Of a stretch of 64,000 nt of DNA, positions 60,101 through 64,000 are shown in pieces; positions within the stretch are counted from its first letter, which is position 1, and every line of letters begins with the position of its first letter. The notes beneath the pieces were generated by a model. The model did not search any database. It saw nothing but the letters and a program-made list of their open reading frames with translations, and was not told the origin of the DNA. Source of the stretch: Pseudomonadota bacterium (GTDB lineage: Bacteria; Pseudomonadota; Alphaproteobacteria; JACQOE01); the NCBI GenBank assembly GCA_016202695.1, contig JACQOE010000092.1, forward strand, positions 24,490 to 88,489, in the 5' to 3' direction. The position numbers and the translations under genes were made by a program.

Positions 60101-61330
60101 GTGTTGACCGGCCATCGAGTCCTGCTGATCGTCAGCGGCGGCATCGCCGCCTACAAGAGCCTCGATCTGATCCGCCGCCTGCGCGAGGCTGGCGCTGGGG
60201 TGCGGACGGTGCTCACCGCCGGGGGGGCGCGATTCGTCACCCCCCTCTCCCTTGCCGCCCTCACCGAGGACAAGGTCTACCAGGACCTGTTCTCGCTCAC
60301 CGACGAGAGCGAGATGGGGCACATCCGGCTGTCGCGCGAGGCCGACCTGGTGGTGGTGGCTCCGGCGAGCGCCGACCTGATCGCCAAAATGGCGGCCGGG
60401 CTCGCCGACGACCTCGCCAGCACCGTGCTGCTGGCCACCGACAAGCCGGTCCTGATCGCCCCGGCGATGAACGTGCGCATGTGGGAGCACGCCGCCACCC
60501 GCGCCAACCTCGTCACCCTCGAGGCGCGCGGCATCCATCGGGTCGGGCCGGGCGAGGGGGCGATGGCGTGCGGCGAGTTCGGCATGGGCCGGATGGCCGA
60601 GCCCGCCGACATCCTGGCCGCGATCGAGCGCCTGATCGCCGTCCCCGGGGGCGCCGGCCTGAGCGGACGGCGGGCGCTGGTCACCAGCGGCCCGACCTAC
60701 GAGGCGATCGATCCCGTCCGCTACATCGCCAACCGCTCCTCGGGCAAGCAGGGCCACGCCATCGCCGCCGCGCTCGCCCGGCTGGGGGCCGCGACCGTGC
60801 TCGTCTCCGGCCCCACCCTGGAGCCCGACCCGGCCGGCGTGCGGGTGGTGCGCGTCGATTCCGCCCAAGCGATGTTCGACGCCTGCATGCGGGAGATGCC
60901 GGTCGATGTCGCGGTCTGTGCGGCGGCGGTGGCCGACTGGCGGGTGGCCGAGCCCAGCCCGACCAAGCTCAAGAAAGGCGAGGCCCTGCCGCCGCCGGTC
61001 CTCCGCCTCGCCCCCAACCCGGACATCCTCGCCACCCTTGCCACCCGCGGGCCCGACCGGCCTCGGCTCGTGATCGGCTTCGCCGCCGAAACCGAGGAGG
61101 TGACCGCCAACGCCGTCGCCAAGCGCCGGGCCAAGGGCTGCGACTGGGTGGTCGCGAACGACGTCTCGGCCCTCGCCGGCACCTTCGGCGGCGACGACAA
61201 CACCGTCTCCCTGATCACCGGCGAGGCAGGCGCGCCGCGGATCGAGAGCTGGCCGAAGCTGCCCAAGCGGGTGGTCGCCGAGCGCCTCGCCCGACGCATC
61301 GCCGAGCACTTCGACGCGGAGGGCCGATGA
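60101..61330 (+). CDS. coaBC: bifunctional phosphopantothenoylcysteine decarboxylase / phosphopantothenate-cysteine ligase
   Basis: GTG at 60101 ([20 protein letters not shown]). Flavoprotein N-domain plus CoaB domain (ITSGPT-like [25 protein letters not shown]). Confidence 0.93.
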   Translation: MLTGHRVLLIVSGGIAAYKSLDLIRRLREAGAGVRTVLTAGGARFVTPLSLAALTEDKVYQDLFSLTDESEMGHIRLSREADLVVVAPASADLIAKMAAGLADDLASTVLLATDKPVLIAPAMNVRMWEHAATRANLVTLEARGIHRVGPGEGAMACGEFGMGRMAEPADILAAIERLIAVPGGAGLSGRRALVTSGPTYEAIDPVRYIANRSSGKQGHAIAAALARLGAATVLVSGPTLEPDPAGVRVVRVDSAQAMFDACMREMPVDVAVCAAAVADWRVAEPSPTKLKKGEALPPPVLRLAPNPDILATLATRGPDRPRLVIGFAAETEEVTANAVAKRRAKGCDWVVANDVSALAGTFGGDDNTVSLITGEAGAPRIESWPKLPKRVVAERLARRIAEHFDAEGR

Positions 61331-61809
61331 GCCCCGTCACCGTCGCCGTCCGCCGGCTCGCGCACGCCGAGGACCTGCCGCTCCCGGCCTACGCCAGCGC
61401 CCACGCCGCCGGCATGGACCTCCTCGCCGCCGTCGGCGAGGACGTGGTGCTGCCGCCGGGTGGCTTCCGCCTGATCCCGACCGGCATCGCCATCGCGCTC
61501 CCCGCCGGCTACGAGGCCCAGGTCCGGCCGCGCTCGGGCCTGGCGGCGCGGAACGGCGTGACCGTGCTCAACGGCCCGGGCACGGTCGACGCCGACTACC
61601 GGGGCGAGGTGGGCGTAGTCGTCGCCAATTTCGGCCCCGAGCCCTTCACCGTGAGGCGCGGGATGCGGATCGCGCAGATGGTGGTGGCGGCGGTGGCCGT
61701 GGCCCGCTGGCAGGAGGTGGCGCGGCTCCCCGACAGCGAGCGGGGGGCGGGCGGATTCGGCTCGACCGGCCTCGGCGGCGCCTCCGCGGAGGCGGGGACC
61801 GACGCGTGA
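61327..61809 (+). CDS. dut: dUTP diphosphatase
   Basis: ATG at 61327 overlaps the coaBC stop (ATGA). RPRSGLA and [10 protein letters not shown] motifs. Confidence 0.93.
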   Translation: MSPVTVAVRRLAHAEDLPLPAYASAHAAGMDLLAAVGEDVVLPPGGFRLIPTGIAIALPAGYEAQVRPRSGLAARNGVTVLNGPGTVDADYRGEVGVVVANFGPEPFTVRRGMRIAQMVVAAVAVARWQEVARLPDSERGAGGFGSTGLGGASAEAGTDA

Positions 61810-62264
61810 TGCTCAGGCTCTCCAAGAAGATGCTCTTCGCCATCGAGGCGGTCGTGGACATCGCCTACCATGCCGGCGGCGAGCCGGTGCAGAGCCGCGA
61901 GATCACCCGCCGCCAAGGCATCCCGCGCCGCTACCTCGAGCAGACGCTTCAGGGCCTGGTGCGCGCCGGCGTCCTGGTCGGCGTGCGCGGGCCGCGCGGC
62001 GGCTATCGGCTCGCCCGCGAGCGCCGGCGGATCTCGGTCGGCGAGATCGTGCGGGTGGTGCGCGCCTCCGAGACCGCCGAGGATCCGATCGCCGATCCCG
62101 CGGGCTCGCCGTTGAGCCATCTCGTCGTCCGTCCGCTTTGGCAGCGGCTCCACGACGAGACCATGGCCCGCCTCGATTCGATCACCGTCGAGGACCTCTG
62201 CATCGCCGCCCGCGAGGCGGGCATCGCCAGCGAGGCGGCGGAGAGGATGGACTTTACGATCTGA
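61809..62264 (+). CDS. Rrf2-family transcriptional regulator
   Basis: The start overlaps the dut stop (GTG 61806 or ATG 61809). N-terminal wHTH ([16 protein letters not shown] ... [22 protein letters not shown]). Confidence 0.85.
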   Translation: MLRLSKKMLFAIEAVVDIAYHAGGEPVQSREITRRQGIPRRYLEQTLQGLVRAGVLVGVRGPRGGYRLARERRRISVGEIVRVVRASETAEDPIADPAGSPLSHLVVRPLWQRLHDETMARLDSITVEDLCIAAREAGIASEAAERMDFTI

Positions 62265-62299
62265 TGCCGGCAAGCCCGCGCCCTCGCGGGACCGAAGGA

Positions 62300-63307
62300 A
62301 TGGAAGAAACCATCATGAACGACGTGTCGCCCCTGCTCGGAGAGATGGCCCCGCCGGAGTGCCGGGGCCGCATCTACGACAGCATCATCGAGACCATCGG
62401 CAACACCCCGCTGGTGCGCCTCAAGCGCCTGGCGGCGGACGCCGGCATCGAGGCCGACCTCGCCGGCAAGTGCGAGTTCTTCAACCCGCTCGCCTCGGTG
62501 AAGGACCGCATCGGCTACGCCATGATCCGGGCGGCGGAGGTGGCCGGCGATCTCGACGGCGAGGTTACGCTGGTCGAGCCGACCTCGGGCAACACCGGCA
62601 TCGCGCTCGCCTTCGTCTGCGCCGCCAGGGGCTACAGGCTGATTCTCACCATGCCCGAGAGCATGTCGGTGGAGCGGCGCAAGATGCTGGCGCTCCTCGG
62701 GGCGACACTCGAGCTCACGCCGGCGAGCCAGGGCATGAGCGGGGCGGTGCGGCGCGCCGAGGAGATCGTGCGCGAGACCCCCGGCGCGGTCATGCTCCAG
62801 CAGTTCCAGAACCCCGCCAACCCCGAGATCCATCGCCGCACCACGGCCGAGGAGATCTGGCGCGACACCGGGGGGCGGGTCGACGTGGTGGTGTGCGGCA
62901 TCGGCACCGGCGGCACGCTCACCGGGGTGGCCGAGGTGCTGAAGGCGCGCAAGCCCTTGCTGCGCATGGTTGCGGTCGAGCCCGAGGACAGCGCCGTCCT
63001 TTCCGGCCGCCCGCCCGGTCCGCACAAGATCCAGGGCATCGGCGCCGGGTTCGTGCCGGCGGTGCTGAACACCGAGATGATCGACGAGATCGTCACCGTC
63101 GCCAACGAGACCGCCTTCGTCACCGCGCGGCGCTGCGCGCGCCTGGAGGGGATTCCGGTCGGCATCTCCTCGGGCGCGGCGCTCGCCGCCGCGCTCGAGG
63201 TGGGAGGGCGCCCAGGGATGAGGGGCAAGCTCGTCGTCGCCGTGCTCCCCTCCTTCGCCGAGCGCTACCTTTCGACCGCGCTCTTCGACGATCTCGGTAA
63301 GACCTGA
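62300..63307 (+). CDS. cysK: cysteine synthase A (O-acetylserine sulfhydrylase)
   Basis: ATG at 62300 (or 62315). PLP-lysine motif SVKDRIG, TSGNTGI, GIGTGGT. Confidence 0.93.
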   Translation: MEETIMNDVSPLLGEMAPPECRGRIYDSIIETIGNTPLVRLKRLAADAGIEADLAGKCEFFNPLASVKDRIGYAMIRAAEVAGDLDGEVTLVEPTSGNTGIALAFVCAARGYRLILTMPESMSVERRKMLALLGATLELTPASQGMSGAVRRAEEIVRETPGAVMLQQFQNPANPEIHRRTTAEEIWRDTGGRVDVVVCGIGTGGTLTGVAEVLKARKPLLRMVAVEPEDSAVLSGRPPGPHKIQGIGAGFVPAVLNTEMIDEIVTVANETAFVTARRCARLEGIPVGISSGAALAAALEVGGRPGMRGKLVVAVLPSFAERYLSTALFDDLGKT

Positions 63308-63312
63308 CGGCC

Positions 63313-64000
63313 ATGGAGTTCACCGACGCCCAGGTCCATCGCTACGCCCGCCACATCCTCCTCCCCGAGGTGGGCGGCGAGGGCCAGGCGCGGCTCCTCG
63401 CCTCGCGCGTGCTGGTGATCGGCGCCGGCGGGCTGGGCTCGCCCCTCCTTCTCTATCTCGCCGCCGCCGGGGTGGGGACGATCGGCGTCGTCGACGACGA
63501 CGACGTCGACCTCTCCAACCTCCAGCGCCAGGTGGTGCACACCACCGATCGGATCGGCACGGCGAAGGTCGAGAGCGCACGCCTCGCCCTCGCCGGCATC
63601 AACCCCGAGGTGCGGCTGGTGCCGCACCGCGCCCGCTTCGCCGCCGGCAACGCCGCCGGGCTGGTCTCGGCCTACGACCTCGTCGCCGACGGCAGCGACA
63701 ACTTCGCCACCCGCTTCCTCGCCGCCGACGCCTGCTTCCTCGCCGGCAAGCCCCTAGTCTCGGCGGCCGTGCTCCGCTTCGACGGCCAGCTCTCCACCTT
63801 CAAGCCGTACCTCGCCGGCGACCACCCCTGCTATCGCTGCCTGTTCCGCGAGCCCCCGCCGCCCGACTACATGCAGTCCTGCGCCAACGCCGGGGTGCTG
63901 GGGGCGATGACCGGGGCGATGGGGGCGCTGCAGGCGGGCGAGGTGATCAAGGAGCTGCTCGGCATCGGCGAGAGCCTGTCGGGCTGGCTCCTGATCTTCG
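63313..64000 (+). CDS. moeB: MoeB/ThiF-family adenylyltransferase; 3' end outside the window
   Basis: ATG at 63313 (MEFTDAQVHRYARHILLPEVGGEGQ). The frame stays open to the window end, so it is absent from the ORF track. GAGGLGSP nucleotide loop and CYRC zinc motif. Confidence 0.85.
   Translation, partial: MEFTDAQVHRYARHILLPEVGGEGQARLLASRVLVIGAGGLGSPLLLYLAAAGVGTIGVVDDDDVDLSNLQRQVVHTTDRIGTAKVESARLALAGINPEVRLVPHRARFAAGNAAGLVSAYDLVADGSDNFATRFLAADACFLAGKPLVSAAVLRFDGQLSTFKPYLAGDHPCYRCLFREPPPPDYMQSCANAGVLGAMTGAMGALQAGEVIKELLGIGESLSGWLLIF

Overview
This window is one contiguous piece of a high-GC alphaproteobacterial chromosome. Hand counts give about 68% GC in ordinary lines, against 42-58% in two short islets. 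It lies close to the replication-initiation gene set (dnaA-dnaN-recF-gyrB).

I can support about 60 protein-coding genes, one tRNA-Arg(CCG), a few promoters and terminators, and some small repeats. I found no rRNA, CRISPR array, transposase, integrase or phage genes.

Left third: a TrxR-type ferredoxin-NADP reductase, a class V aminotransferase and ahcY. Next comes the conserved alphaproteobacterial block chvI-chvG-hprK-rapZ-EIIA(Man)-HPr, upstream of and opposite in orientation to pckA (a HugZ-like gene lies between), followed by polA.

Middle: tRNA-Arg is followed by a lower-GC islet of about 1 kb with two orphan genes, then a DUF4387/DUF1446 (AtuA-like) pair. The stand-out feature is a co-directional cluster of about 10 kb (18.9-29.5 kb). 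It encodes a Tat-exported Psr/Phs/Ttr-type molybdoenzyme in ttrBCA gene order: a 4x[4Fe-4S] subunit, an NrfD membrane subunit and the catalytic subunit. These are surrounded by four c-type cytochromes (an EB_dh-domain haem protein, two different NapC/NirT tetrahaems and an internally triplicated hexahaem) plus a TorD-like chaperone. Two identical 17-bp Fnr/FixK/Dnr-like boxes lie at the upstream end and between napC-2 and the TorD-like gene. I do not recognise this architecture as any characterised operon. Substrate and direction of electron flow cannot be read from the sequence.

Right half: mostly housekeeping and transport genes. These are TauE/SafE, an SDR, hldE, a metallophosphatase, a degenerate EAL-like protein, an ABC-2 exporter, cobD, chrA, ycgN, a dapA-like gene, DMT and MFS transporters, a class A PBP, gyrB-recF-dnaN-dnaA, rpsT, echA, mutM, ubiE-ubiB-coaBC-dut, Rrf2-cysK and a partial moeB.

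Many very long ORFs in the six-frame track are antisense or off-frame shadows of real genes, as expected for GC-rich DNA. I rejected them.
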